A DNA stretch of 62,126 nucleotides, counting the filler, from Choristocarpus tenellus KU-1152 (Eukaryota > Protista > Phaeophyceae): NCBI GenBank assembly GCA_964200185.2. It is 13 parts of 13 records of this genome, joined end to end, with 100 filler letters (N's around TTAATTAATTAA, not from the genome) between each part and the next. Parts side by side here need not be neighbours in the genome. Positions count along the whole stretch, not along the records: positions 22,737 to 25,286 come from CAXNAD020026855.1; positions 25,387 to 30,105 come from CAXNAD020013352.1; positions 30,206 to 38,584 come from CAXNAD020004788.1; 10 more parts are not named here. The stretch is one strand, 5' to 3'. The position numbers and the translations under genes are program-made. Shown here piece after piece: positions 23,956 through 37,189 of the stretch (the stretch's first letter is position 1; the number at the start of each line of letters is the position of its first letter). Under the pieces are notes generated by a model. That model made no database searches. It worked only from the letters and a program-made list of their open reading frames with translations, and was not told the DNA's origin.

Positions 23956-24599
23956 ACTATTGTTGTGGGGAAATGAGAAATCACAAATCGCTTATGTGAC
24001 GATTGATGAGGGTTGGATATACAAACGGGAAACAAACAAAATGAGATAACCTAAGGTGCAGCAATAAGCCATTACATTGGTTGCCCCTCTTCAACACGCG
24101 TTGAAATTGTGCAGTACTAGTCTCAACAAATTCACTTTCTGAATGAATGAAGTTCCCACTTTAAAATTGTAACCACTGCCAACTGGAGTACAGATAAAAT
24201 ATTGTAAAAACGCGCGACCCTAAAAGGCAAGGAGATTAATCATGACGTTGTGGTGTTTCATCTTGCTATGGAACTGGAGCGGAGGGCTGCAGGGTTTCCA
24301 TGTTTGTTGTGGCGTGGAGGTGAGGGTTTCGGTAAGGGTATCCGATATGGTATCGGTTATTCATTCGGATATAAAGAGGTGACTTACGTAGTATTATTGC
24401 AGTACACCAACCTGTCAATGGGTCGAAAGAAGGGTATCTTGACCTGGAGTAGGCCAAGCCGATAGTATGAGCTAGTATTCTACATCCTCAGAGGGCGTAG
24501 ACTAGACCGCCAGGTCGTCGGCTCGATGGTAATAGTGACCTCAAAAAATTCGATAAAGTATGGTTTTGAGAGAAGATCGCTCCCTTGGATTGTCCCACC

Positions 24600-25230
24600 T
24601 AGCATGGGCAAGATCATAGCGTCAAGGTCAGGGAGTGATGGGATGGTTGCAGCGGATATTGGATCTCCTTACTTCTGGGATGGAACCTAAAATTTTGACA
24701 AGTAGTACACGAGAGTTGTCGCTTTGCACACATCTGTGCGTTATCCGACTCCAACATGCATCCCGAATTTTCCATCCTCTAGCCTTTTGATCCTCTGGTA
24801 GACGCATATGTTGACCCTTGGCAAAAAACCTTATCGGTGGCATGTGGTGTCCTAGGAGAAAATGCGCGCATCATCTCAGGCGTGCGGGACGTGAAAGGAG
24901 GAGAGAGACGGAGAAGAAGAGATGCAGAGTGGCTCAGCGGAGGCTTGAGGAGGTGGGCATATGGGTATGGATATGACATTCTGCTTTGCCGGCCCACCCA
25001 CTCTTTTCCTATCTCGGCAGCCCACACTCAATGATTTCGAGATTGGACGTCGACCAACTATGCAAACCATAGTCGCAGGTCCACTCTTAACCCTGGCTCA
25101 GAGTACCTCTCCACCAGGCTAGTCATGTTGCTCTTTAGTTATGACGTCCCTGCCCCTCCTCATTATTGGTACAGAGTTCTCATGATGGGCAGGTGGTGAT
25201 CGTGGATAGCCAGCAAGGTGAGCATGGACG
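24600..25230 (-). mobile_element. Decayed Copia integrase-region remnant
   Basis: RCVQSDNSR resembles the xRSDNGGE motif; fragmentary upstream zinc-finger-like residues. Confidence 0.35.
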
Positions 25231-25386
25231 CGCGTGTCCGGGCTTGATGCCAGTGTTGGCGATGGCAATGCTGTTACAGGCGAGTANNNNNNNNNNNNNN
25301 NNNNNNNNNNNNNNNNNNNNNNNNNNNNNNTTAATTAATTAANNNNNNNNNNNNNNNNNNNNNNNNNNNNNNNNNNNNNNNNNNNN

Positions 25387-25438
<52 letters not shown>
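25387..25438 (+). repeat. (CCTGTC)n microsatellite
   Basis: Read directly. Confidence 0.95.
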
Positions 25439-25990
25439 ACCCTGGCGGTTCATCTGGGTATTTCGTGGTCCACTCTGCAGTACAACACAAAGAGCCTTGG
25501 TGTAAGGGCATACTCAATCTAAATCACGAGCTGTGTTCCTCGCTGGTGAGTGCAAGTTTACAAAGGCTGAGTGAGAGGTGGTCAACGAACGGGGTCACCG
25601 AGGGACCAGGAAGTTCTAAGAACTTCCACCAAACCAAAGGCTTGGTCCACGCGTGCGGATGAGGATTGGTTTTTTCATGAGCGCAGGAGATCAGAAAGCA
25701 CTACGCCGTGGAAATGCTTCCATGATTGCAGCTGGTCTCCGGCCTGCAAGGAACAGCGAAAACGCCTCAATACATACTGAACCAAAACTTCACTACACTT
25801 CTGCCAATCCAAATTAATCCCACATTCCTGCCCAGAGGTAGTATATTCTTCCAGTCTCCCCCTTCATCTGAGTTGACAAGTTTAGCCATTCCTAATTCCT
25901 ACTCGTACCATAGATTTTTTTTTTAACATTTTTTTTTAACATTTTTTTTTTTTAGCATAGACGCACGCTGACCCCGGCCCAGTCAGGGCA

Positions 25991-28260
25991 TCATCTTTCG
26001 CCCCCCTGGCCCGGACATGTTAGAAGATGTTGGAACTGGTCCAGCCTGCGGACTGACCGGTCCCTTCGCATTTGCCGAGCCTGATAATAAAGCCTCCCAA
26101 AAAAAGGAAAACTTAACAATAACAAAAAACATACCTACGTACATTCATACATATACTCAGACGCACTCCTCCTACCGTAAGCACTTGTATGCATCCACCA
26201 ACATTCTCCACACATGCCAAAACTCTTCACCTCTTCATCACACAAACACACACATAAACACAAAACACACACACACACACACACACACATCAACACACAA
26301 ACGTGCTCCACACCTGGTCTCTCAGCGCCCGCATGCTACGTGGCTCGGGTGGCACATCTGTGTCAAACGCCTGCGGCTGCGATCTCGCCAACGCCTCCTC
26401 CAACCTCGCCGGTATCAACGGCCTCTGCAACCCCCCTCCAAGGCCCAAGCTGACCAGAAACCTCTCTGTGTCACCCTCCCCACCCTTCCCACTGCTATCC
26501 TCCGCCACATACTCAGCATCGACCCTATCCTTCTCATCCATAGCAGCCATGAGCACCTCCAAACGACCAACATCCTCCAACAGTTCCCTTCTGGCACCCT
26601 CCTCCTCTACCCATGCCCTTTCCTGGCCTCCTGCCGCATCCCTGCCCCCCCGTCCTGCCTCACCCCCCCCTGCCCCTGAAGACACCACACCAAATGACCA
26701 GCCTGTAGCGGCTTCCTCCTCTATCGCTCCTCTATGGCCTCGCACGGGTGGCTTGGGCAATCCTGTGCTTTGCAGGGTCACAAAGCCTGGATCGGAACGT
26801 GGTTCATTGGAAGCCAACGCTGGCGCTGCAGTTGCCTCTGCAGTCAGCGCCAAAACTCGGTTTGTCGCGACCAAAACGGTTTTCCCAACGTGTGGGGTAG
26901 GCGTAGCAACCCCGGGACTCGCTGACAGACTTTCCAAACCTGGTTGCCAATCTTCACCACCGCCTGTCTGTTCGTTACCTCCTCTGCCTCTCCCCCTCCC
27001 TATGCCACTGTCTTGCTCCGGACAATCCTCATCAGCCCACCTGCTGCCTGCGGGGGCACCATCACCCCGCACCCTTCCCCCTCGCCCCACAGCATTTGTT
27101 CCTGAGCTCGCATCCAACTGACCCCCACTGAGACACATGCCAATGCTGTTCACGCCTCGCAAGCAGTCCTCCTGCCATGGCCCTGCCTCCTGCTTCACAA
27201 TGAGCTCTGGAGACCCTCCCACTATTGACATTCTCTCCTTCCACAAGGCGTTGTAATCTTCAACAGCAGACAAAGACCCATCATCCCTAGCCAACAGAGC
27301 ACTCCCCGCAGACGCCATTGTTGGACGTGACCTTTCTGGCCAAGAGGATGGAATTAAAGGGGGAGAATCAGGTGATGCCCACCCACTCCCTCCCCATGGA
27401 TGGGAGCTCACTGGATGGGCAGGGACTCGAGATGGCTGAGGTGAGCAGAAGAGTGCTTCAATACCACCATTCTCAAATTCATGCCCTTTATTCTCTAATG
27501 CTCCTTCCTCTGCTCCTACCCCTGACCCAGCTCCTGCCTCTGCCTCCCCCCCCACAGCCTCTACAGCAGCGGCAGTTACGCTGCCACCACGACATTCTCG
27601 AATACTGCTTGATGCAGTTGGTCTTGTTTTCACCAAACTATCGCTATTGGTGTTACCATCACGGCCACATTCATACAAGCAGTCCCTTGAAAAACGTACA
27701 CCCTTCTTCTCCAGTTGTGTCTTACCTTCAGTACCAGGCTTGCTAGAGCTATCTGCCAAACTACCCCCATCCACGTCCACAGTAGGCAAAGGATACAGGA
27801 AAGGTGCAACTGAGGGGGTTGGAATATTAGTACCAACAGTTCCAGCCTCCCCTTCCATACTCTTCTGCAAGGAACCTCGCACGGGTCCTTTTCCTTGCCG
27901 CCCCCTCATCCTTCCCCTCCCCCTCCCCCTCCCCCTCTCCTGCCCTCTAATTTGACCCTGCTGAGGCCCCAGAGCCTTTTCAGTCAGCCCTGGAGTCTTC
28001 TCCTGGGGGTGCCCTGGATCTATGTCATCGGAAGGAGGATCCAATCGCCACGTAGATGCGGCGAGGTTCCAACTGGGAGGCATTGCAACAACCCACTCCT
28101 GATCACTCCGGCCCACAGCGGCCTCCAGCTCTCTAAAAAAAAGCATAGCACCTTGGCCACCCTGGGTCAAGGCTATTCGGAACCGATCTCTCTCCCTAAC
28201 CCTAACCGACTCGCAGCGACCAAGAAGGTCTGAACCTTCATCCTGGACACGCCTCTGGAC
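25991..28260 (-). CDS. Large Gly/Glu/Ala-rich hypothetical protein, 3' exons (26314-28260 and terminal 25991-26080); further upstream exons likely in 28600-29990
   Basis: 649-codon open exon bounded by CTTGCAG / GTGTGG, splicing in phase to ARQMRRDRSVRRLDQFQHLLTCPGQGGER*. Confidence 0.75.
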
Positions 28261-28550
28261 CTGCAAGGTCAAGTTGTTGCGATGTCGAGAAGGTGGAAGG
28301 CGTTACAAATACCAGAAAGGTGTTATAAGACCAGAGGTGAGAAGTTGGAACAGCAAATGAGGGACCTGGGAGAAGGTGGGGAGGGGGGAGGCAGAGGGAG
28401 AACCGACAAAAAAAATCCTTTGTGGTGATGAACAGGGTGAGAAGAAACCCGACCTTACATATCGTTCTCTGTTCGTTGCCAATATGCACAAAGCGCTCCG
28501 AGAAAAGCGCATGACGACATGGACACTAGCAAAGCTCACCAACAACTGTA

Positions 28551-28617
28551 GCACTAATTGGCCAGCACTAATTGGCCAGCACTAATTGGCCAGCACTAAT
28601 TGGTCAGCACTATTTGG
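28551..28617 (+). repeat. 14-bp minisatellite
   Basis: GCACTAATTGGCCA, about 4.5 copies. Confidence 0.95.
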
Positions 28618-29997
28618 CGTGGTGGGGTACATGCTACTATCATTCTCGAACAGGGATATCAACTTTTGAGGGGTAGATAAGGCACCAGGGGCAACAAAAA
28701 CGCCCGCCAAGAACAAACAAAACAATTCGCGTGGAATTGTGAACGGGCTGGGTTTTGGTTCCACTTGGCAGAACCACAACAAAAGCACTTGCAGGTAGAC
28801 CTCAACAGTTGCAGATAGACTTTAGCCGTTGAAGTTAGGCTTTGAGATTTAGGGTTAGGGGTAGACCTTAACGGTTAGACCAAAAAACACACAAGCATTG
28901 ACTTGACAGGCACTCTGCCATTGACTTGACGCATAAGCTATTTGCTCTGTAGCCATCCTCCCTGTTTCCGCCGTCCTCACCGGCCACATCCCCTGCAGAA
29001 TCTTCATCTCCCCCACCCTCCCAACCTCCCTCGGGCACATCATCCCCATCCTCACCCACATTCTCCTCCTCCTCCTCCTCCTCCTCCTCCTCCTCCGCTG
29101 AAAGCTCAAAAATCACCAACCGGCACTACCTTCACTAACCTCGTTTCTACCTCCTTAGTACTATCATCTCTGGTTGCAGAGGACACACTCCACTTGTGGT
29201 ACCTGTTCCCTACTCTTGGGGCGTGGCCAACAACCTCTCCACCACCAGGCCTTCACCATGCACTGCATAAATCAACAATCAACCCAAGTCAGAGATCTCA
29301 AGACATCACCTTGTTTGCTTCAGCTCGTCCCACTGGGGATGCACTTTCTTGGGAGCAGGTTTTGTTCCGATGAAACAGAGACCCCCCCCCCCCACAACAG
29401 GCTATATCAACCGGTCTGTATGGACTCACACCAAACCTCGTGACTTTTTGATCAAGTTTTGAAAAAATCGTGTCGCTCGAGGAATGTTTAGTCACTCAGG
29501 TAACAAAAGCAAGCACATTAGGTAAAATATTGAAATAAGGGCTAATATTGAAATGATGGTTAATATTAAACTGGGATTTAATCAGATGGCACTGAAAACA
29601 CCGAGAGTCAATTCACAACTCTTCTTGTCCAGAATAGACAGAATGAATATTGACATTTCTTTTTTTTCCCCGCGAGGACGAGGACCACAACAGTCTCAGG
29701 ACTCTCTTGAGCAAACGCCTTCCACCCTCACTCATCTTCAAGGGCGTGACTGAGAGCTCTTGAAAAATATGAAGGGCACTAATCTATTTTTTCACTCATG
29801 CAGATGGACAATCACACAAGCGCACAAGCCAATAACCCAGTCACCCCTCTCCACCCCTCGTACCTCTGACAGGATTTCTGCCCAGAGGCGTGTCCCTGCA
29901 CCGTTGACCCTACTCCCACCGCCACCGCCTTCGGGTAGGAACTCCGCTGTGCCTAGCCTCTGCTCTTGCCTTGCCGCCATCACCTTGCCTACAACCC

Positions 29998-30031
<34 letters not shown>

Positions 30032-30603
30032 ACACCCACCCACACACCCCCCCACGACAACCCAGAACCCCCCCCCGCATCCCCACCATCCCACCCCACC
30101 ACAAANNNNNNNNNNNNNNNNNNNNNNNNNNNNNNNNNNNNNNNNNNNNTTAATTAATTAANNNNNNNNNNNNNNNNNNNNNNNNNNNNNNNNNNNNNNN
30201 NNNNNTTTGAAATGTCAGCAAAAAAAGGAGTTGTTTGACCGAAACGGACGCCCCCTCACAAACCACACACACACACACACACACCCTGCATGCACACACA
30301 CATGCACTTTATCCTCCTTAGGGTTATGGCTAAGATTTTCGCCTTTTAAAAAAAAATTGTGCATGTAGGCGTTTTGTGATTTTGAAATGCTGACATATTC
30401 TACATAAACACGAGCCTTTTTTAATTTTCGAGGGAAATAAAAAATAAAAAAGATGGTGGTATGCAAAGGGTTGAACTTCATTGGTCTATGTGATGATAGT
30501 GTGTTGTATTTGTTAACCTACCCAACAAGTTTCCCTACCATAACACCTTGGTGTTGGCGTATCTGGAAGGCGTATAGATGCAGGGATTAGGGTTTGACAT
30601 TAC

Positions 30604-30635
<32 letters not shown>

Positions 30636-30801
30636 AACTCCCTCTCTGTTTCCTGATCCTTAACCCCATGGACTGTAAAAGGTACACCCTTCATCTTCCG
30701 TGTCGCTGGTCTCAAAAAAAATTCAAAGTGTCTCGTCTCCCTTGGATCACTAATTTAAATATATATATATAAATGGCGTTTATTGTGTGTGTGTGTAACA
30801 G

Positions 30802-33010
30802 GAGAAGGATAAACACGGGACTCCTGCATTGACCAATCGATTCTATTGGACGTATGAAAAGTTCAACCAATGGGGTAGCAAGGTGAGTCTCGTCGCAGCA
30901 GTACTGGGACAACGGAGATGTAAGCGAGATGAAGAGAAGAAGCTGAAGGGTTTTAGGGTTAGGGTTAGGGTTACTGCTGTTTTGCCTCAGTTTATTATTT
31001 ATTTTATTTTTTTACGCTTGCTCCCCGTAAATAGTACCGTAATGGTGGTTTATGTCGTAAGGAGGAGTGCCGTGAGAGCAGTATGTTGACCATAGAGAAG
31101 AAGTTTTTAGGGTTAGGGGCAAGGATCTGGGGTGGGAATGAGGAATAGCCTCTATCTATGGGGGTTGTAGGTGTCGGGGGAGTATTGAATGGTGTCCTCA
31201 AAAACGGTATTGGGAACGGGTCATAGACCGTCCGTGATTGTTTGGGTTTGGGATGGTGCTTTGGTCTTGAAAAGCGTTAGTGCAATGTAGGCTGTCGCGT
31301 TGAAGGGGTTTGTACTGCTACTTGTATTATTATTATTATTAATAGTAATAGTAACAATAATAAAGTATTATTCTCGACGGGTGTGAGTGTATTATCCGGT
31401 TCTTTTTTTTTCCTTGTTGGTGCAATTGTTGAGGTCTGTATAGGGCATCGAAGGCGGACAAGAACTTTAGCTACCCTTCTGTGTGTTTCTTCTTTTTCTT
31501 TTTTGATATTTAAATTTGTTTTATTTCTCATTGTACGAACTGCAGAGAACCGGTGCGTGAGATAAACCTCCTACCGTTTTGTGTTGAATCTTTTGTGCTT
31601 TTTTTTTCATTTTTTTTCAGGAGAGGGGGAGGGGAGGGGAGTGAGTACAGGCACGTAACGTGTTTAGTAGGATGCCGCTTGGTTTTTGTATTTGTTGAGG
31701 CGATGCGTTGAGACTGAAAAGCAGGAAGTGACATAGATGTGAAACAAACATTGTTGGAAAAAAAAATGATGGCAGGACCGGAGGCTGTTGCACTTGCACA
31801 CAGATTTGTCTGCTGGTGATGCAATGCACATCAAGAATTGGAGCTTCCTCCGTGTGAGACCGTGTTGAAACATGGGGGGTATTGATTCCGTTGGGGTACC
31901 GTTGGGATAGCGTGTTTTTTTGTGTTTTTTAGGTCTTGGTAGTTAAGTTGAATCGTGTCTGAAGCGGCATGTGGCGGTAATCCTCCGTGGTTGTTAACTC
32001 TTGGTCAATTTATTCACACCTTCTGCTTCATTTTTGTGCGTGTGGGACAGGTGAGCTGGGATGCTTTTGAGAGTGCCATTGAGGTACTGTCTCAGTTTAA
32101 TGTCATCCTCATCATGCCTCTCCTGGACGACTCGGAGTGGGCCTTGAAAGAGGTCTTTGGATGGGAGCAGCCGCCCCGCCAGGTTAGCTTGCGTGGCCTT
32201 CTTGTGCAGTATAGTGGTGTGGATCAGCCGAGTGCATCCATGATTGTGTGCTGTTGAGGAGAAAAAAAAATCGCACGATTGTAGATTTGATGGTTATTTT
32301 TGTACCAAATCAGGAGGACCAATAAGTTGATTGTGGTTTATTGTAATCGGAAGGCAATTCCGTTGGGTTGACAGGGTTCAATATTTTCAAATATTTTCGG
32401 CGAAGGAGGAGGCGGAATTGAATCAGCGAAGGAGTGCATTTCATTATGAATCCTTTCTTGACCCTACCGATTTGGTATGTTCAGCCAATGAGGAGGCTGA
32501 ATCGACTGCTTCCGATTTTGTTCAGATGTGATTGTAAGATCTTTTGTCGGGCGATTTTTGTTCCCTGATAGTAGACGGCCCTTGATAGTTTGCGGTGCCG
32601 TACGTTTATGCAAGGCGTGATGAAAGTGCCCCTTTTTTTATCGGAATATTAAAAAAAAAAATCCATTGTTTGCCGTGCTGTGTATTTACTTGTTTGACCC
32701 CTTGCCAAAGAAAACGGTGAAAGATGAAGAAGAAGAAGAAGAAGAAGAAGAACGTCTGTGAACCTCCACCCAACCGCCCACCGCCCACCGCCCACTCCCC
32801 ATTGAATAGGTGTTGCCCCATGAAAATCAGGCCTTGCGAGGGAGCAAGTTGTCGGTGAAGGCAAAGGATGCCGTGCCGAAGGAGGTGTGGGAGGAGGTTC
32901 TCAGTGCAAACGCCTTCGATGTCCTGTTGTATCACTGGGCAAGAAGAATGTATCTAGAGAGGAGGGCATGTCGATATAGCAGCAACCCATACAGGGGGGT
33001 GGGGTCATGA
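30802..33010 (+). CDS. Carbohydrate sulfotransferase-like protein, 3' exons (30802-30882, 32051-32182, 32810-33010)
   Basis: AIEVLSQFNVILI...LKEVFGW and NAFDVLLYHWARRMY match the C-terminal NxxDxxLY motif of Golgi sulfotransferases. Splice sites are canonical. Confidence 0.7.
32257..32567. mobile_element. Intronic foldback/MITE
   Basis: AAAATCGCACGA / TCGGGCGATTTT and AATCGGAAG / CTTCCGATT inverted pairs. Confidence 0.55.
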
Positions 33011-34406
33011 TCTCTAGGGGAGTGGGGAAGGGGAGGAGTGTCGAGAGGGGACAGGCTATGGGCCTACTGTAGCCTCTGATTAATTGTCATTCAATGTGAA
33101 AGTGTGAGAGACAGTTTGCCTTGTTGTATCCACCACGCAAGTATGCTTGTTGAGGGTGATCCCTTTTGTTCTGAGACTTGTCCTAAACTTGACATTGTGT
33201 TGGTCCTGCTAAGGAATGTGTGTGTGTGCCAGATTTGTTTGATGGAGATTGTACTGTGTGGCCAAGAGTAATGGGAGCAACGAATATAGGTGTTGTTTGG
33301 TATCTGCTAGGGCAGGTATGAGACTGGGACAAGTAGCATGCATACACTAGGAAGAGCAAACGACACTGCCGCAAGCTGTGAGTTACAAGGTGGCACTACA
33401 TTTTGCACATGACCTTACTTGAATCTAGGATGGATAATGATGTGCAGAGCTTCTACATATTATAGAGAGAGGCAAAGTTGTTGTCGTGTTGATCATACTC
33501 ATCATCCCAGGTCAAGGAGTTCTTGTATTTTGTACCTGATGTGATAGGCTTCTTTGCTTTCCCTTTTTGGAGGGGATATTGTCTTCGGGAGGGTTCGTGG
33601 TTGGTGTTGCATGGGTGCTTTGTATGGCATGACCAAAGTATACTGTTATATTAATATGAATAGAGGTGTATCTGAAATATGTCTGTTTAATAATGTAATA
33701 CAGAGGAAAGAGTAGCATTGACAACCCTACGCTGAAGTATCCTGTGAACAGCATTCAAGGGGTGGTCAGGTGCACTATTTGTGCTGAGTGGACACAACAT
33801 CAAAGTCTATCTACCTCCACGTTCTAAGAGTTTGACGGCTACTCCACCTCCATCTTATGCCCCCTGTACCCTGGATGTGTCCCCATCCCTCCCATAGAGG
33901 TGTCGTGATCTGTGAATTGAAAGTAGAGGTTGCATGACTGACAGCAGCAGCTCCCCCTGGTCTTGGGGTAAAAAATCACTCTAAGCATAAATTCCTATGG
34001 CAGACTCTACAGCAGGGCTGATATTTGTGTCTCAGTTGGGTCAAGCACATCAGAGACTTGATAGTGGAATCAATGCCTCTTCAACACTTGGACAAGCAAG
34101 TCAGTGGATAACGGATGAGAGGACCCACCAGGTAGCAACCATGGTCACCAGGAGGGACAGGGGATGTCTGTGTCTAAGAATAAGTATTAAATAGAGAACG
34201 GATCCCAGGCCAGGTCCATGCCAGCGACTATATGAAAAGATCGCACTCTGAGTAAAGTGCTCCAAGTGTATGTATGATTGGACTATGGAGAGGTCGCAGT
34301 GGGGGGGCAGGGAGTGTTGCGATAACAGTTGCAAGTGCCCCTATCCTATAGCCTTGCATTTGTATGTTTCGAAAGCAGCGTGAATACAACATAGTAGTTC
34401 TGGTGT

Positions 34407-34663
34407 GAGTCAAAGTAAGCGAGAGGTACCCAGAGTTACATTTTAAGGATCTCGGCACATACATCCAAAATTCGGATTTTTTTACAAAAGTGTAGGATAT
34501 TGTTCGAATTATGTCGAAAACTTTCAAGCAATAGATAAATAAACTCTCTCAACCCGAACTTCGCGCTTCATGCATAGAAATATGTTTGAATTGAAAAGGA
34601 TTGAAAAATTGGCTTAAAATTCAAAATACTCAAAAACTGAGTACCTCTCGATTACTTTGGCTC
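34407..34663. mobile_element. MITE family B, complete copy
   Basis: TIR GAGTCAAAGTAAGCGAGAGGTAC / GTACCTCTCGATTACTTTGGCTC, flanked by TGT...TGT. Confidence 0.9.
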
Positions 34664-34941
34664 TGTTTTTGTTGTCTGCCTAATATTAATTGTATTGATT
34701 TCGTTCCTTGGGCTTGACCAAACACAAGAAAAACTTGTAGAGAAACTGGAAGGAGAACTACTTTTAAGTTGTTGCTGTCTGGGGAGAGGCAGGGAGGTGC
34801 TCACCGCTTCCTTGATGAGAACAATAGTAGTAGGAGTAGTATCTCCTGTATGAGTCGAGGGGAGACGAGATCATGCATGGCCAATCAGTGAAAGCTGTTT
34901 GTAACTACTCAATGGTAGGTAGGTGTGTAGGATGTAGCAAA

Positions 34942-35304
34942 GAGTCAAAGTAAACGAGAGGTAGTCAGGTTTTGGCCATTTTGCATTTTAAGACAGTTTT
35001 TTATTTTTTACAATTCATCCATGTTTCCCTGGATGAAGTGCTAAGTTTGATTTGAGAGTGTTGATTTCTCTTTTGTGTTCGAATAAAATGCCGAATATTT
35101 TACAGAATTCAGAAATATCCATCCATTATTTGTACGAAATGCCGAATTTTTGACAGAATTCAGAAATATCCATCCTTTTTTGTACAAAATGCCGAATTTT
35201 TGACAGAATTCAGATATATCCATCAATTCGTACAAAATGCCGAATTTTTGACATGTATGTTAAGATCCTTTAAACAAGCAACTTTGGATACCTCTCGTTT
35301 ACTT
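34942..35304. mobile_element. Family B-related MITE containing a ~50-bp internal minisatellite (35087-35253)
   Basis: GAGTCAAAGTAAACGAGAGGTA / TACCTCTCGTTTACTT; AAATGCCGAATTTTTGACAGAATTCAGAAATATCCATC about 3.4 times. Confidence 0.8.
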
Positions 35305-36304
35305 ATTAGAGGGTAGAACAGAATTGCCACGTACGTAGGGCAAGGTGCAAACACTTGCCATGGCCTTAACACCCCCTTTTTGTGTGGGAGTTTTCGCACA
35401 CACTGGCAGCATGCACTAGTTCATCATGCTGGTGGTGCTAATGCCCTCTACCCAATTATTGGTAAAGTCGTTTGTGTATCTATACCTAAATGGGAGGAAC
35501 GTAATTAGAAGATAAACTCAATTAGAGTGTGTGTGTGAGAGAGAGAGTGTGTGTGTATGAACACATTCGCAGACAGTTGACTTGGTGTAGTGCACGTATA
35601 TGTTGTACGTACCACTTCCGTTGAATAGACCATACGGAGCTGTAAATTTCTGATTAGGAATTTCTTCCCACATACTTCGAAGTTCTATTTTTTCTGTGTT
35701 GCGTGGTGATTGTGGCGGTTCATCCATTGGACCGATGATCGTCATCAAAGCAGCAGGTAGGCATTGTTCCTTTTCGTTATATCTATCTGGTCGAAGCTTT
35801 TTGGAGACGATCATCTCCTAACTATCATATTTAGTACTACTCAATATGAAAAAAAGCGCAAGTACTTCTATCTGGAAAGATGCATTGAAGCGTAATACTA
35901 GTTATAGTAATTGAAAGTACTCCACCTTATGAGAATAATTGGGTGGGGTTTGCATCGTTGTGTATTATCAGAGGGTTCCTTCCACTATGTGTGATCTAGT
36001 GTGTACGCCCAATACTCTCCTTACAGCGTGAAACCCGTATTTGATGGGATCTCGGTCTTCCTTTCTTCCAGGGAAATTTGGTTCAATGGTCCACCTACAA
36101 CGTACAGAACAATTAGTTGTGTGATCCAACAAATGTTGTTGCCAGTAGGACTGAGATTCCATCCCCAGTTGATATGACGTTCTTTTGCAGAACGTAGCTA
36201 CTGTAAAAAGGATGAAACACAAGAAAGGCGCTCAGAGTATATATTCGGGTCTTGGATGTAGGAGGAAGGGTGGGATGTTGATAAAGCGGTGAAGTGGCGA
36301 ATCT

Positions 36305-36567
36305 GAGTCGAAGTATCTTAGAGGGTAGAGCCATGTCCGTTTGGGGGCCAAAATCCAATGTTGCGATTATAATGTAATTTTGGCCATCGTGTTTGTTGGG
36401 AAGTGTCAATATCCTTGTTCCGGACACACCTTTCATAATAACGTATACAGTTAGACAACTCCGAAACGTTTCGGAGTAGGTAAAATGTCACTTTAAAAAA
36501 ACGTGGGAAGTTAAGCCCCAAACGGTCAAACAGGGTAAAATTCGTACCCTCTAAGATAGTTTCACTC
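36305..36567. mobile_element. MITE family A, complete copy with 4-bp TSD ATCT
   Basis: ATCT|GAGTCGAAGTATCTTAGAGGGTA...TACCCTCTAAGATAGTTTCACTC|ATCT. Confidence 0.92.
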
Positions 36568-36796
36568 ATCTCATTGTGCAAAAGAATCTGCCTGTACTTT
36601 GACGGTGAGGTTAAGGGCTTGTCGCATTTGCCCAGGTCGAAATGAAGGCAAGGGTAATGATATTTTTTAATACAAGGATCCTGACTCGAGCTATTGATCA
36701 GTTACATAATGAAATGCGATTATGTACTTCGTTAGAGGGTTCTTTTCGATAACAGGCATGGAGTAAGCACTACTTGTGTTCTGGTATTGAATTGCC

Positions 36797-37080
36797 TTTT
36801 CATTGGTTTTTCCCCTGACACATCTGTAAAATGTGAAAGGGTGTAACAATACATAGAGCACTTTTTTGCTTTGAAGCAAGGGTATGATGGTACTAATATT
36901 GTGGTTGTTGCCACATCCTTTGTTTGAAGTATATATATATACGAGTAATATTGTTATTATTATCATGCTTATGTGTACCACAAAGAAAATAATAGAAAAT
37001 TAGGTCACTACCCTTCATATATATTATCATGCCCTTTGACAATTTGCAGATGTGTCAGGGGGAAAACAAATAAATGAAAA
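36797..37080. repeat. AT-rich inverted repeat (foldback core)
   Basis: TTTTCCCCTGACACATCTGTAAAATGTGAAAGGG versus CCCTTTGACAATTTGCAGATGTGTCAGGGGGAAAA. Confidence 0.75.
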
Positions 37081-37189
37081 CTATACATATGTCAGTATAA
37101 GCCCTAAAGAAATAAAATATCATAAATGTGAAAACATTGTAAAACACTGCAAGTGTGAAAACCACTATCAGTTACTTCACCCCTATCAA

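Noticed and set aside
26017-27955. Long plus-strand ORFs (220, 272, 142 aa)
   Set aside because: Antisense shadows of the GC-rich minus-strand exon.
29996-30105. Pro/Gly-rich ORFs at contig ends (also 12690-12770, 18767-18830, 62018-62126)
   Set aside because: Degraded sequence next to homopolymer G/C runs.
35087-35253. CRISPR-like ~50-bp periodicity (also 60561-60712)
   Set aside because: Units are similar along their whole length with no unique spacers, so these are minisatellites.
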